Below are positions 16,986 through 17,516 of a stretch of 17,516 nucleotides of DNA, piece by piece; within the stretch, counting starts at the first letter, position 1, and each line of letters opens with the position of its first letter. The stretch covers positions 1 to 17,516 of the forward strand of contig JAZDIV010000042.1 in the NCBI GenBank assembly GCA_043804695.1, given 5' to 3'. A program made the position numbers and the translations under genes. This DNA comes from PVC group bacterium. Its GTDB lineage: Bacteria > Auribacterota > Erginobacteria > Erginobacterales > Erginobacteraceae. The notes below the pieces were generated by a model. That model saw nothing but the letters and a program-made list of their open reading frames with translations, was not told the DNA's origin and made no database searches.

Positions 16986-17092
16986 AAACTTTACGTAGTC
17001 GGGGAAAAAACAGCGCTGCAGACATCGGGCGTTGAACGTTGAGTTTACTTATTTCATCTCCACGGCTGTCATCCTCCGCCCCGCCCCCGACT

Positions 17093-17193
17093 GTAATCAG
17101 TAATCAGTAATCAGTGGTCAGTAATCAGTGATCAGTAATTCCTGATCTGCCGCGACCGGCTGTCGAGATAACTGATTACTGATTACCGATTAC
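17093..17193. repeat. Inverted heptamer array (GTAATCA)n ... (TGATTAC)n
   Basis: Six full units plus a partial one at 17093-17140, and four reverse-complement units (one degenerate) at 17166-17193. Confidence 0.9.
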
Positions 17194-17204
17194 TTCCTCT
17201 CCCC

Positions 17205-17516
17205 TTACCTTGTCACCGGCAGGTCGTCGGTCGTTCCGAAGTAGGCCCGGGTGAGCCCGCGGACGGCCCAGAGGCCGACATCCTGCCGGAAGACGCAGGG
17301 ACTATCGGTCCCGGTGCCGTCAAAACCGGCCCGGAGGGGATAGTCGGTGCAGCGCCCGTAGTAGAAGCGGGTGACGCCGCGGACCGCCCAGAGGCCGGAC
17401 GACCAGGGGCGGAAGATCGCCACCTCGAAGTTCCCGTTGCCGTTATAGTCGCCGGGGACCGGCCAGTCGTCGAAACCGCCGAAGTAGACCCGGGTGACGC
17501 CGCGGACCGCCCAGGT
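17205..17516 (-). CDS. 5'-partial ORF: C-terminus of another protein with the same FG-GAP-like repeat domain
   Basis: Frame is open to the window edge: [28 protein letters not shown]...[22 protein letters not shown]...DDLPVTR*. Confidence 0.9.
   Translation of the reverse strand, partial: TWAVRGVTRVYFGGFDDWPVPGDYNGNGNFEVAIFRPWSSGLWAVRGVTRFYYGRCTDYPLRAGFDGTGTDSPCVFRQDVGLWAVRGLTRAYFGTTDDLPVTR

Noticed and set aside
16810..17035. Small ORFs upstream of rnd
   Set aside because: They run through the IS21-like repeats, overlap rnd and have no protein-like features.

Overview
GC-rich bacterial window dominated by secreted or surface proteins and mobile-element debris. The C-terminal repeat style resembles proteins I recall from uncultured PVC-related MAGs, but taxonomy cannot be established from the sequence. 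Left to right: (1) the 3' part of a probable DDE-integrase + ExeA-type AAA ATPase + Cys-rich accessory gene element, abutting an AT-rich DUF4145/HEPN-like ORF; (2) a DUF3175 protein and an M90 (MtfA-like) zinc peptidase; (3) a minus-strand operon of ECF sigma factor, membrane anti-sigma (FecR + TPR) and a secreted CSLREA/beta-helix protein; (4) divergent genes for a beta-propeller/beta-helix protein, a small CxxC protein, a secreted hypothetical protein and a large SBBP-propeller protein with Pro/Thr linkers and a 6x40-aa C-terminal repeat domain; (5) a C25-propeptide pseudogene broken by an IS1634 fragment; (6) ribonuclease D, an orphan IS21-type end, an inverted heptamer array, and the 3' end of another protein carrying the same C-terminal repeat domain. 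The strongest unannotated signals are three copies of a TGAG-N16-GGCATT motif, which look like the ECF sigma's own promoters (one would give a leaderless autoregulated sigma mRNA), and a multi-stem structured RNA candidate in the roughly 220-nt leader downstream of one of them.
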